The translations under genes were made by a program, and so were the position numbers. Shown here in pieces: positions 50,408-59,889 of a stretch of 64,000 nt of DNA. Numbering within the stretch: position 1 is the stretch's first letter; each line of letters opens with the position of its first letter. This DNA comes from a virus: the IMG/VR virus record IMGVR_UViG_3300044695_004134, positions 1 to 64,000 of that record; one strand, written 5' to 3'. The notes beneath the pieces were generated by a model. The model searched no databases. It saw only the letters and a program-made list of their open reading frames with translations, and was not told the DNA's origin.

Positions 50408-52167
50408 TTAGATTACATGTGTTGTCGGTTCCACATACGGCATCGACAAAAGAGTATACGGTTTGTGCGTTTACTCAAAAAGTGATTAACTTTTGTAAAA
50501 TGTACAAAGACATGGGAATGCATGTCATTCATTATGGACGTGATGATTCCGATGTTATCTGTGATGAACATGTCACCGTCACAACACGTGCATTGAATGA
50601 GAAGGTTTACGGTATATATGACTGGAAGAATCAAGGCCTGAAATACAATCAAGAAGATGAAGTTTTCAAAACGTTTAATGACAATTGTATCGTAGAGATT
50701 GAGAAACGCAAACAGCCGCACGATATTATTCTATGTTTCTTTGGGCTGGCGCAGAAACCAGTTTGTGATGCACACTCAGATTTGATTTGTGTTGAACCTT
50801 CTATCGGTTATCCGTCCTCATTCGCACCATACAAAGTATACGAATCATATGCGGTGATGCATGGTCTCCAAGGTCCGGACAAAGTTGCAACCGCTGAATA
50901 TAAGTTCTATGATGTTGCAATTCCATCAGGCTTCGACTTGACTGAGTTTGAATTTACAGAAAAGAAAGAAGATTATTTCTTGATGTGTGGTCGCATGGTC
51001 TGGTCAAAAGGTGTTGACATTGCGGCTCAAGTGTGTGAACAACTTGGTGTAAAGTTGGTCTTGGCTGGCACCAGTTTTGGTCCGAATGACTGTAATCTTG
51101 GTGATACATGGCCTGCTCACGTTGAATATGTTGGTTATGCAGACGTAGAGAAACGTAAGAAACTTATGGCTGGCGCTAAAGGTCTATTCTGCCCAACAAT
51201 CTACAATGAGCCGTTTGGTTACGTAGCAATCGAGGCTATGCTTTCTGGAACACCTGTCATCACAGTCGATTGGGGTGCATTCACAGAAACAGTGCAACAC
51301 GGAGTTACAGGCTTCCGTTGCCGCACGTTTGAACAGTTTGTTTGGGCGGCAAAGAACATTGATACTATCTCACCACAAGCATGTCGTGAATGGGCTGAGA
51401 AGAACTATAATTTTAAAAAGATTGGTTCAATGTACAAAGAGTATTTCGAATCAATTATTAATTTGTCTAAGGGTAGTGGTTGGTATACAAAAAATGATGA
51501 ACGGAGAGAGTTGGAGTGGCTCACCAAGACGCAACCAACACAACCCAAGACGTTCAAAGAGATTCTAAATCAATACAATAGAATCAAAGATTGCAAAGTG
51601 CGTTTTCTACAGATTGGTGCCATGGACGGTGTGAAGCATGATGATTTGTATCCGTATGTAATGAGTTACGATTGGACTGGCGTTTTAGTTGAACCTCTAC
51701 CAGACATGTTTGAAAAGTTGGTTGAAAATTACACACTCAAAGATGGCTTAAAGTTTGAAAACTCCGCTATTGCTAACTCCGAAATCGTCACAATTCATAG
51801 AGTCCCGTCAGAATTGATTGGAACCGAAGATGTTCCTGATTGGGCTGAAGGCTGTTCAACGATGGTACCAAAGACACATATCCAAGATATTGTTTCCCAC
51901 ATGGTCGAACAGGAAGTCAGAGGTATCACCATCTCAAAACTGTATGAAAAATATGGCAGCCATTTTGACTTTATTCAGGTTGATACAGAAGGATATGACT
52001 ATGAGATATTCTTTCAGTTACTTGAGAATGGATTTACAGCAGAATTGCTAAAGATTGAGATTGCACACATCACTTATACAAAAGCAGTGTGGATGCGTTG
52101 GAAACTAGAACAGTCTGGTTATAAAACTTTCATTGACGGATATGACTTAATAGCCTACCAGTTCTAG
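50404..52167 (+). CDS. GT-B (GT4-like) glycosyltransferase fused to FkbM-type methyltransferase
   Basis: GRMVWSKG and EPFGYVAIEAMLSGTPVI; C-terminal QIGAMDG...VEP...QVDTEGYD. Confidence 0.85.
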   Translation: MIRLHVLSVPHTASTKEYTVCAFTQKVINFCKMYKDMGMHVIHYGRDDSDVICDEHVTVTTRALNEKVYGIYDWKNQGLKYNQEDEVFKTFNDNCIVEIEKRKQPHDIILCFFGLAQKPVCDAHSDLICVEPSIGYPSSFAPYKVYESYAVMHGLQGPDKVATAEYKFYDVAIPSGFDLTEFEFTEKKEDYFLMCGRMVWSKGVDIAAQVCEQLGVKLVLAGTSFGPNDCNLGDTWPAHVEYVGYADVEKRKKLMAGAKGLFCPTIYNEPFGYVAIEAMLSGTPVITVDWGAFTETVQHGVTGFRCRTFEQFVWAAKNIDTISPQACREWAEKNYNFKKIGSMYKEYFESIINLSKGSGWYTKNDERRELEWLTKTQPTQPKTFKEILNQYNRIKDCKVRFLQIGAMDGVKHDDLYPYVMSYDWTGVLVEPLPDMFEKLVENYTLKDGLKFENSAIANSEIVTIHRVPSELIGTEDVPDWAEGCSTMVPKTHIQDIVSHMVEQEVRGITISKLYEKYGSHFDFIQVDTEGYDYEIFFQLLENGFTAELLKIEIAHITYTKAVWMRWKLEQSGYKTFIDGYDLIAYQF

Positions 52168-52175
52168 TATAAATA
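52168..52175 (+). promoter_or_regulatory. T4-type late promoter TATAAATA
   Basis: Exact match 4 nt before the gp2 ATG. Confidence 0.75.
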
Positions 52176-52179
52176 CTGG

Positions 52180-52782
52180 ATGGCTTCAACACTTACACAA
52201 CTTACACAACAAAGAACGGCTCTGGAACAAGAATTCTTGTCCAGAAAGTCTGTCACATGGTTACAAAACCAGATGAGGGACCTTAAATCTCCAATCAAAT
52301 TGGCAAAAGAAATAGCCAAAGAAAAGTCTAGACAGACTGGTCAATTTCAGATGGGTGGTCTTTACCACTTCTTCTACGACCCAATAACAAAGGGTGATTT
52401 ACCGTATTATGACATATTTCCTTTGGTGATACCACTTAAACGTGATGCTGAAGGATTCATAGGTCTGAACATGCATTATTTACCTCCAAGGTATCGTGCT
52501 GTGTTCATGGACAAACTCATGAATTTTGCTATTACAAATGAAAATGATGAACCTAAACGCCTTCGTATAACCTATGATATTCTAACTGCATCGAAGAATT
52601 TCAAAGAGTTTAGGCCGTGTTTGAAGCGTTATCTGAATAGTCAGATTAAATCTAAAATTCTGACGATTCAACCACCAGAGTGGGAGACTGCACTCTTTCT
52701 TCCCACTGCCGTTTTCAAAGGCGCACCGATTTCTAAAGTATATGCTGAATCGGTTGCCAAAGCACAAAGTAGGGTATACTAA
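52180..52782 (+). CDS. gp2: DNA end protector protein
   Basis: LPYYDIFPLV, GLNMHYLPP, PCLKRYL. Confidence 0.9.
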   Translation: MASTLTQLTQQRTALEQEFLSRKSVTWLQNQMRDLKSPIKLAKEIAKEKSRQTGQFQMGGLYHFFYDPITKGDLPYYDIFPLVIPLKRDAEGFIGLNMHYLPPRYRAVFMDKLMNFAITNENDEPKRLRITYDILTASKNFKEFRPCLKRYLNSQIKSKILTIQPPEWETALFLPTAVFKGAPISKVYAESVAKAQSRVY

Positions 52783-53450
52783 TGGCAGGCTCAATAGCAG
52801 ATTTTAAAGCAAGTTTTAATACAGACTTAGCAAGACCAAGTAGGTTTGACGTAAACATTCCAATCCCAATTGGTCTTCTACCATACAGAGAAATCGGAAG
52901 AACACTGAGTATGCGTTGTGAAAATGCAGAACTCCCTGGACGTTCAATCTCCACAACATCAATGAAAATTTACGGTGTTGAGGAGAAGTTTCCATATCAA
53001 ACAACATACAGTGATATCAGCTTGACCTTTATTGTTGGTGATGATATGGCGGAAAAGAAATTCTTTGATGCATGGTTAAACTGGATCAATCCAACAATCA
53101 ACTACAACCTAAAATACAAAGCAGACTATGCAGTTCCACTCACAGTGAATCAATATGATGTAAAGAATGAACTGTCATATTCTATTACAATGCTCGATAC
53201 ATTTCCAATTGCAGTGAATCAACTTGACTTAGATTGGTCGTCAGATGGACACCACAAACTTACTGTAACATTTGCATACACAAGCTGGAGAAATAATTCT
53301 CTTGAAGCACTTGGAATGGAATTGTTGGAAACTACTATTGCGAATTCATTATTTCCTTCGCAGATACAAACCGAGTCTTTACTAGGTAGAGACTTAGTTC
53401 AACAGCCGTTTGAAACACGACAACAATTTGAAGATAGACTTACACCTTAA
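52782..53450 (+). CDS. gp54: Baseplate-tail tube initiator (gp54/gp19-like fold)
   Basis: LARPSRFDV, CENAELPG, FFDAW, LTVTFAY. Confidence 0.7.
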   Translation: MAGSIADFKASFNTDLARPSRFDVNIPIPIGLLPYREIGRTLSMRCENAELPGRSISTTSMKIYGVEEKFPYQTTYSDISLTFIVGDDMAEKKFFDAWLNWINPTINYNLKYKADYAVPLTVNQYDVKNELSYSITMLDTFPIAVNQLDLDWSSDGHHKLTVTFAYTSWRNNSLEALGMELLETTIANSLFPSQIQTESLLGRDLVQQPFETRQQFEDRLTP

Positions 53451-53466
53451 AATGGAGATATAAATT

Positions 53467-54192
53467 ATGGCTTTACCAAAAATCGACACACCGATTTATG
53501 ACTTGGAGTTACCATTATCAAAAAAGAAGATTCGCTTTCGTCCTTTCCTTGTGAAAGAGCAAAAGAATCTTCTGATGGCAATGGAATCTGGAGAAAGAGA
53601 ATCAATTGAACAAAATGTAAAACAGGTTCTAAACAACTGTACAGTTACAGAGGGTATTGATATCGAGAAACTTCCTGTTATCGATATTGAATTTTACTTT
53701 TTGCAACTCCGTGCGAGGTCTGTCGGTGAAGTTGTCGAAAACAAATACCGTTGTGATAACACAGTTGATGAAAAAGTTTGCGGTAACATCATGGAAACTT
53801 CACTGAACTTACTGGACATTAAAGTCTCAGGTGTTGTAGAGGGTAATGATGTTATACAACTCAATGAAACAATTTCGATTAAACTAAAATATCCAGAGTT
53901 TTCTATATTGGGTAAATTATCCAATCTAACAAGCGTTTCTGATATCGCATTTGAAATGATTGCTGAGTCTGTTGAATACATCTATGATGGTGATCAGTTT
54001 TATTATGCAAAAGAAGTTGAAACAAAAGAAATTGTTGAATTCATTGAGTCTCTGAATCAACAGCAGTTCTCCAAGATTGAAGACTTCTTTGCAAATCTTC
54101 CGAAGATTGAAAAGAAAATTGAAATGAAGTGTTCACGTTGCGGCTTTGAACACACTCTTGACGTTGAAGGACTGGAAAGTTTTTTCGGCTAA
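53467..54192 (+). CDS. gp26: Baseplate hub assembly chaperone
   Basis: MALPKI, RPFLVKEQK, LRARSVGE, CxxC, ends GLESFFG. Confidence 0.9.
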   Translation: MALPKIDTPIYDLELPLSKKKIRFRPFLVKEQKNLLMAMESGERESIEQNVKQVLNNCTVTEGIDIEKLPVIDIEFYFLQLRARSVGEVVENKYRCDNTVDEKVCGNIMETSLNLLDIKVSGVVEGNDVIQLNETISIKLKYPEFSILGKLSNLTSVSDIAFEMIAESVEYIYDGDQFYYAKEVETKEIVEFIESLNQQQFSKIEDFFANLPKIEKKIEMKCSRCGFEHTLDVEGLESFFG

Positions 54193-54242
54193 CATTTGGT
54201 CATGATAACTTGAGAAATTACTATAAAACTAATTTCTCATTA

Positions 54243-54386
54243 ATGCAACATCACAAATACAGTCTCACGGAACTTGAGAATATGATACCGTGGGAACGTG
54301 ATGTATATGTCGGTATGCTTATACAATATATTGAGGAAGAAAACCAGAAGATTAAACAGAAGATAAACGAGAGAAAGATTAGATGA
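54243..54386 (+). CDS. gp51: Baseplate hub assembly catalyst (missing from ORF track); frame is open back to 54180
   Basis: MQHHKYSLTELENMIPWERDVYVGML..., the typical gp51 motif; ATGA overlap with the next gene. Confidence 0.85.
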   Translation: MQHHKYSLTELENMIPWERDVYVGMLIQYIEEENQKIKQKINERKIR

Positions 54387-56320
54387 ACTACTACGATGCC
54401 GCCAGAATAAGAAAAAAAGGCTTCGCAAATTTAATGACCGATAGACTGACCTCTGGTCAGGGTATTGTCTCATCTCTCCGTGGAACTATGTCAGATAGGT
54501 CAATGGCCAAATCCATGGCCATGAAAGAGAGATTCGATCCAATGAATATCGCCAAGTTCCTCACTGGCGGTAGTAATCTAGCACCTGCAATCGTTGGTCG
54601 CCTAATGGGTAGAAGTAAACAAGACATTCGATACTTCACCGGCAAGAAACAATATGAAACTGGAAGTCATCGCCCAAACTACTATGAGAAGTTCAATTCA
54701 GGTATGGGTGGTGGTCGATCTGGAAAGGCCACCGAAATATTAGAAAAAATTGTGTCCTTTATGCAAGATTCCAGGGAAAAGGACTTAGAGGAACAAGATA
54801 CATTCGATTCATATAATGAAATGAATGAATACATGAAAGAAGATAATCACAAAGAAGTGATGAATGTATTCAGGGATGCAATAAAAAAACAACGTAAAGC
54901 CATGAAAGACATGGCTAAAGAAGCCAAGAAACGACAGGCACAAGAGGGCACTGGAGTTCCAACGGCACCGGCACCAAGACCGGCTCCTGCACCTGCTCCA
55001 GCACCTGCTCCAGCACCAGCGCCTGCTCCAGCACCTGCTCCAGCACCAAGACCGGCTCCTGCACCCGCCAAAGATGCGGCCGATAAAGCAGCCAAAGATG
55101 CTACCGAAAAGGCAGCCAAAGATAGGTTAGCTAAAGATGCGGCCGATAAAGCAGCCAAAGATGCTACCGAAAAGGCAGCCAAAGATAGGTTAGCTAAAGA
55201 TGCGGCCGATAAAGCGGCCAAAGAAGCTGCCGATAAAGCGGCCAAAGATAGGTTAGCTAAAGATGCGGCCGATAAAGCGGCCAAAGAAGCTGCCGATAAA
55301 GCGGCCAAAGATAGGTTAGCTAAAGATGCGGCCGATAAAGCGGCCAAAGAAAGGTTAGCCAAAGAAGCTGCTGATGCTAAAAGAATTAAAGATGCGGCTG
55401 ATGCTAAAAAGGCCGCAGACACGGCAAAAAAACAAGAAGCTGCACCAGCAGCACCCACAGCTACTCCAGCGCCACCGGTTGTCACACCAAAGCCCCCTAT
55501 TGTTAAGCCTGCAATAACTGAAGCCGCTAAAACTGCGGCTAAAGCGGCCGCTATTATTGGTGCCGGTGGATTATTGATGCCTGGAGCAGAAGCAGCCACA
55601 GCAATTGATAAAGCATCTAGACAAGTTGGTGTTGATAAAGCAATCATGTATGCAATTGCAAAGCAAGAAAGTGCTTTTAATCCTGATGCGGCCGCCAAAA
55701 CGAGCAGCGCCAAAGGACTTTATCAGTTTATTAAGGGCACTTGGTCCGATATGGTCAAAAGATATGGAGGCAAATATCCAATACTAAAAGAACGTGGACC
55801 TGAAGATGCGGAAGCAAACGCTATAGCAGGTGCATTGTACATTAAAGAAAATTCTGATTTTTTAAAAAAAGCAAAAATACCAATAAATGCTACAACAATA
55901 TATTCAGCCCATTTTTTGGGTCCGGGTGGAGCAAGAACTCTTTTTTCTGCAAGTCCTGATACAGATGCAACAAAATTGATGCCTATAGCGGCCGCAGCGA
56001 ACGAATTTATCTTTTATAAAACAGAAGGTAGAAAAATTCTGAAGGATCAACCAAAAACTGTCTCACAAGTTATTGAAACACTTTTTCAGAAAGTTGGCCA
56101 ATATCAAGAGAAGTATTCACAGGTCTTAAATGCATCCAATATTGGAGCACAATTGGCCGAAACCTCTCAACAAAATGCAGACATGAAAAAGGGTGCTGCC
56201 AACCAATCGGGTGCTACAACATCACCAATTATTATACAAAACAACACTACAAATAAACAAAAAACTATACAACCACCTTCAGCACCATTGGGTGAATTAA
56301 ATCCGAGAATAGGAAACTAA
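54383..56320 (+). CDS. Tape-measure-like/ejected protein with lytic transglycosylase (SLT) domain
   Basis: AIAKQESAFNP...AKGLYQF SLT motif, PA linker and AKDAADK helical repeats. Confidence 0.72.
   Translation: MNYYDAARIRKKGFANLMTDRLTSGQGIVSSLRGTMSDRSMAKSMAMKERFDPMNIAKFLTGGSNLAPAIVGRLMGRSKQDIRYFTGKKQYETGSHRPNYYEKFNSGMGGGRSGKATEILEKIVSFMQDSREKDLEEQDTFDSYNEMNEYMKEDNHKEVMNVFRDAIKKQRKAMKDMAKEAKKRQAQEGTGVPTAPAPRPAPAPAPAPAPAPAPAPAPAPAPRPAPAPAKDAADKAAKDATEKAAKDRLAKDAADKAAKDATEKAAKDRLAKDAADKAAKEAADKAAKDRLAKDAADKAAKEAADKAAKDRLAKDAADKAAKERLAKEAADAKRIKDAADAKKAADTAKKQEAAPAAPTATPAPPVVTPKPPIVKPAITEAAKTAAKAAAIIGAGGLLMPGAEAATAIDKASRQVGVDKAIMYAIAKQESAFNPDAAAKTSSAKGLYQFIKGTWSDMVKRYGGKYPILKERGPEDAEANAIAGALYIKENSDFLKKAKIPINATTIYSAHFLGPGGARTLFSASPDTDATKLMPIAAAANEFIFYKTEGRKILKDQPKTVSQVIETLFQKVGQYQEKYSQVLNASNIGAQLAETSQQNADMKKGAANQSGATTSPIIIQNNTTNKQKTIQPPSAPLGELNPRIGN
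54960..55400 (+). repeat. (Pro-Ala)n tract followed by 63-bp tandem repeats
   Basis: aagatgc recurs at 55071, 55134, 55197, 55260 and 55323 (21-aa unit). Confidence 0.9.
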
Positions 56321-56321
56321 A

Positions 56322-57794
56322 ATGGATTACAGAGTAGCAAGCAACATTAGAAGTAAATCTCTTTCATCTATGATGACTGATAATATAACATCAGGTAAAG
56401 GCATTGGCTCCTCACTCTCTGGTGCAATATCATCAAAGTTCAAGGCAAGCGCAACTGGTATCAAAGAGAAATTTGATCCAATGAATATTGCAAAGTTTAT
56501 GACAGGTGGTAGTAGACTTGCACCTGCAATTCTCGGTAGACTTACAGGACGTAAACAGTCTGATATTAATTACTTTGCTGGTGATAAGAACAAGAGGTCT
56601 GGTTATACACAAATGCCATCATCAATGTCTACACCGGGTGGAGGGCTAGGCGGTTCTGCTGTTGAAGTATTGAACAGAATGTTAGCCTTTATGCAGAGTT
56701 CCCGTGAAGATGATATGAAAAGAAAAGATACCGCCAAACAATTTACCGAAGAACAAAAAGTTGAAGAACAACGCAGACACAATGAGTTCTTAAAAGTATT
56801 AAAAGAATATACTTCTTTGGGTAGTACAACAACATTGGTTAGCAAAAAAGAAGAAGAAGATGGTGGAGGTTTATTTGATTTATTTAAAAATTCAAAAAAA
56901 CTATTGTCTCTTGCGAGACTTTTAGTGCCGTTTTTAATTAATCCAATTACTCTTACTGTAGGTGCAGTTTTAGCCGCAGCATACGGATTACAAAAAGTAG
57001 CAGACTTTATTCCAAATGCTAGAATACTTACACCATTACAGGCTCAGGCAGCATTGGGTGGTTCTCAGCGTGACATTGATAAAGAAGGTGGATATGATTT
57101 TCTTGTTAAAAGAATAACAGAAGGTCCAGAAGAGGCACAAAAAGCATTAGATGATTTTGCAGAAGGTAAATTATCATACAAAGAATTACAAAACCTTGGC
57201 GGAGAAAGTAAACTTAAAGAAATTGCCTCACAAAAAGGTCTTAAAGTTCCACCACGAACAGAAACACAGTTACCTCCTGTTCCACCTAGACCCGACACAA
57301 CAGGAGGAAAAAATCAAGGCAGAGCTAGAAATTGGGATAGAGAGTTCGGTAAAACTCATAATCCAGATGGTACACCAAAAGTCACAACAACGGCTAAGCC
57401 TTTACTCTCTGGTGTAGAAGAATCTACCGCCGAAGCCGGCCGGGGCACTGCTGCTTTAGATGATTACAGAGCAAGGCAATTAGAACAGGAAACTGGAGGC
57501 AAAGCGGCTTTTGGTGTGAAACCTATGGGTATAAAGAGTATACCAATACCTGAAACTGTAACACCGGTTCCAGCAGCACCTGTTTCAAATAGAATGAATG
57601 AAGCGGTAGATGAAAATCAAAATTTGAATTTGCAAAGTTACGATTCTGGTTCATCTGGCTCTGCTGCACCAATTATTTCATCATCATCAAGTTCTGTTGA
57701 TTTGCCTGACAGGCCTATTCCTGCTACCGCAACAGTAAGAGATACGACACCGATACTTGCACATGTGATGCAGGGTTATATGTCGCCAGTATAA
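56322..57794 (+). CDS. Paralogous tape-measure-like protein
   Basis: N-terminal ~130 aa similar to the previous gene (KE(R/K)FDPMNIAKFxTGGSxLAPAIxGRL); one hydrophobic stretch. Confidence 0.6.
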   Translation: MDYRVASNIRSKSLSSMMTDNITSGKGIGSSLSGAISSKFKASATGIKEKFDPMNIAKFMTGGSRLAPAILGRLTGRKQSDINYFAGDKNKRSGYTQMPSSMSTPGGGLGGSAVEVLNRMLAFMQSSREDDMKRKDTAKQFTEEQKVEEQRRHNEFLKVLKEYTSLGSTTTLVSKKEEEDGGGLFDLFKNSKKLLSLARLLVPFLINPITLTVGAVLAAAYGLQKVADFIPNARILTPLQAQAALGGSQRDIDKEGGYDFLVKRITEGPEEAQKALDDFAEGKLSYKELQNLGGESKLKEIASQKGLKVPPRTETQLPPVPPRPDTTGGKNQGRARNWDREFGKTHNPDGTPKVTTTAKPLLSGVEESTAEAGRGTAALDDYRARQLEQETGGKAAFGVKPMGIKSIPIPETVTPVPAAPVSNRMNEAVDENQNLNLQSYDSGSSGSAAPIISSSSSSVDLPDRPIPATATVRDTTPILAHVMQGYMSPV

Positions 57795-57818
57795 AAAAAG
57801 CCCGCACACGGCGGGCTT
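57793..57818 (-). terminator. Intrinsic terminator after gp32
   Basis: AAGCCCGC/GCGGGCTT stem with a T7 tract on the minus strand, between convergent genes. Confidence 0.85.
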
Positions 57819-57841
57819 CAAACCTATCGAATTGGATAGGT

Positions 57842-58717
57842 TTATTCTTCGGCTAGCTTAGAGAAATAAGCCAAATCATCATCATCTTCGGCAATACCGG
57901 CATCCGCCATCACTGGCTTACGTGGCATTGCTTTAGCTTGTTCAACTGTAGTCTTAGCAACTACTGGTGAACCATCAAGGCCGAGAACCTTGTCTAGACG
58001 AGCCTTCAACTCATCATAAGACTTAAAGTTTTCTGGCAACAGAAACTCTTTGAGTGAGTATTCTTTCTTCCAGATAGCTTCTAGCTTTGCATCGTCATTC
58101 AACAATGCAGATGGTGACTCAAATTCAGACTTATCATAGTTCTGATAACCCTCAACTTTACGAATCTTGAGTTTGAAGTTTGCACCTTCCCACATATCAA
58201 ATGGGTTGAGTGGCTTCTCATCTTCGAAAGCAGGATTCATTGCTTCGTTAATCTTATCAAAGATTTTCTTACCAAACTTATAAAGAAACACTTTACCTTG
58301 ATTCTGAGGATTCTTAGAATCTTCAACAACGTAGATGTTTGCAATGTAAGACAGACGGCGCTTTTGTTTACGTGCAACTTCCTTGTTTGCTTCGATGCCA
58401 GAGTTCCACAACTGAGAGTTGTATTCAGAAACTGGATCTTTTTGATTCAAGGTTGTAAGAGAGTTTTCAATGTACCAGCCACCAGGACCCTGGAAACCGT
58501 GATTGAATACTTTTACCCACGGGAGTGCATCATCACCATCAACCGATGGCTGAGGCAAGAAACGAATAACTGCATAACCATTGCCGACTTTATCGACTTC
58601 TGGTTTCCAGAAATTGTCATCTTTGGTGGGAGTTTCGGCTGAATTGAGTTTTTCAATAGCCTTGGCGAGTTTGTCTAGGTTACTAGAACTGCTCTTGAGA
58701 TTTGCGAATGAAGACAT
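57842..58717 (-). CDS. gp32: Single-stranded DNA-binding protein
   Basis: GNGYAVIRFLP, HGFQGPGGWYIENS, KFGKKIFDKI, GANFKLKI, acidic tail. Confidence 0.96.
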   Translation of the reverse strand: MSSFANLKSSSSNLDKLAKAIEKLNSAETPTKDDNFWKPEVDKVGNGYAVIRFLPQPSVDGDDALPWVKVFNHGFQGPGGWYIENSLTTLNQKDPVSEYNSQLWNSGIEANKEVARKQKRRLSYIANIYVVEDSKNPQNQGKVFLYKFGKKIFDKINEAMNPAFEDEKPLNPFDMWEGANFKLKIRKVEGYQNYDKSEFESPSALLNDDAKLEAIWKKEYSLKEFLLPENFKSYDELKARLDKVLGLDGSPVVAKTTVEQAKAMPRKPVMADAGIAEDDDDLAYFSKLAEE

Positions 58718-58798
58718 ATTATTTTCCTTGTATAACGTTGTATTAAATGTATGTTGTTTTATCCACAGAATTCATAATGTATGAAGTATATAGGTAAA

Positions 58799-59281
58799 TC
58801 AAACGTACATCTTGAGAATTGCGATGGTAGATTTGGCATCTCTGTGATGAATACCAATACCACCGGCTTTGTTCCAATCATCGATAACAGATTTAGTGTC
58901 ATCAATGATTATGGAATTTGGTGTAGCATACTTGTACTTGTGTCTTTTACCCGGCACAAAGTTTTGTGTATATGCAATATTGTGTGTGTCTAACCACGTA
59001 GCTTTCTGTGGTGCAATCATAGCATGAAATTCTTCACGTGCAGTTGAGGACAGAATCTCTTTTGGAGTACCTAGCGTGTCCAAAAAGTTGAGCAATTCAC
59101 GTGCATCATCCATGAGATCCAATTTGGCGAAACAGTCTTCATGAATGAAGGTTTCAAAAAGACCATAGAATTCTTTTCGGTCACGTGTGTCCTCTGGATA
59201 TAGTTTGAATCGTGCTTTGTATGCTTTGTTGAAGTCGGCAATTACGCCATCCATATCAACATAAATTTTATCGATTGTCAT
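58799..59281 (-). CDS. HAD-family 5'(3')-deoxyribonucleotidase-like protein
   Basis: DMDGVIADF motif I and IIDD motif IV. Confidence 0.82.
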   Translation of the reverse strand: MTIDKIYVDMDGVIADFNKAYKARFKLYPEDTRDRKEFYGLFETFIHEDCFAKLDLMDDARELLNFLDTLGTPKEILSSTAREEFHAMIAPQKATWLDTHNIAYTQNFVPGKRHKYKYATPNSIIIDDTKSVIDDWNKAGGIGIHHRDAKSTIAILKMYV

Positions 59282-59889
59282 ACTGTTTTCATGATATTTA
59301 AGTTTTTCTTTAAGACTGTGAGCATCTTGGGTTTGTCAAAGTTTAGAAATGGTTTGTACTTCTCACAACTCTTTACGAATTCTGGAAAGATAATGTCATC
59401 TTCAATTTTTTTCACCCACATCGGCAAAAAGTTTAACAACTCATTTAAGATAATTAAAGTCTCTTTAGTGGTGTTTCCTTGCATATAAAGATTATACAAC
59501 AAGGGGTACTGCCCGTCAACCACTTTCAGTAATTCTTCCGGATTGTTTACCGAATCAAATAGTCTGTGGAGGTCCTGTTCAAACACATAGGAAAGGGACT
59601 GTTGAGTTTTTTGCCACACCTTGTACTCAGATTCGGCATCCTCAGACAGGAGATCACCCACCCATATCTTCGGATTCACTAGCATATTGGAGACAAAGAA
59701 ACCAAAGAGTTCATCCCGCTTGTATTTTCTGGATAGTTTGTAAAATTGAAACTTATCCTTACGGAGCATGAATTGTTCTTTGGTTACATTTGTCTTACCA
59801 GAATACTTCACATAATCATATTTTGAAGTGAAATGCAGTTTCAATGCATGAAACATTGCATACGCTTCAAACCCACCGGCTTCATTCAT
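59278..59889 (-). CDS. gp59: Helicase loader
   Basis: LKLHFTSKYDYVKYSGK, RKDKFQF, ETLIIL, KYKPF. Confidence 0.9.
   Translation of the reverse strand: MNEAGGFEAYAMFHALKLHFTSKYDYVKYSGKTNVTKEQFMLRKDKFQFYKLSRKYKRDELFGFFVSNMLVNPKIWVGDLLSEDAESEYKVWQKTQQSLSYVFEQDLHRLFDSVNNPEELLKVVDGQYPLLYNLYMQGNTTKETLIILNELLNFLPMWVKKIEDDIIFPEFVKSCEKYKPFLNFDKPKMLTVLKKNLNIMKTV

Noticed and set aside
54187-54201. Small hairpin as a frameshift stimulator
   Set aside because: Weak (two G:U pairs) and directly adjacent to the slip site, with no spacer.
54240-54473. 77 aa minus-strand ORF in the track
   Set aside because: It overlaps the recognisable plus-strand gp51 and the next gene.
54847-55713. 288 aa antisense ORF
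   Set aside because: Mirror of the Ala/Lys/Pro repeats of the SLT gene.
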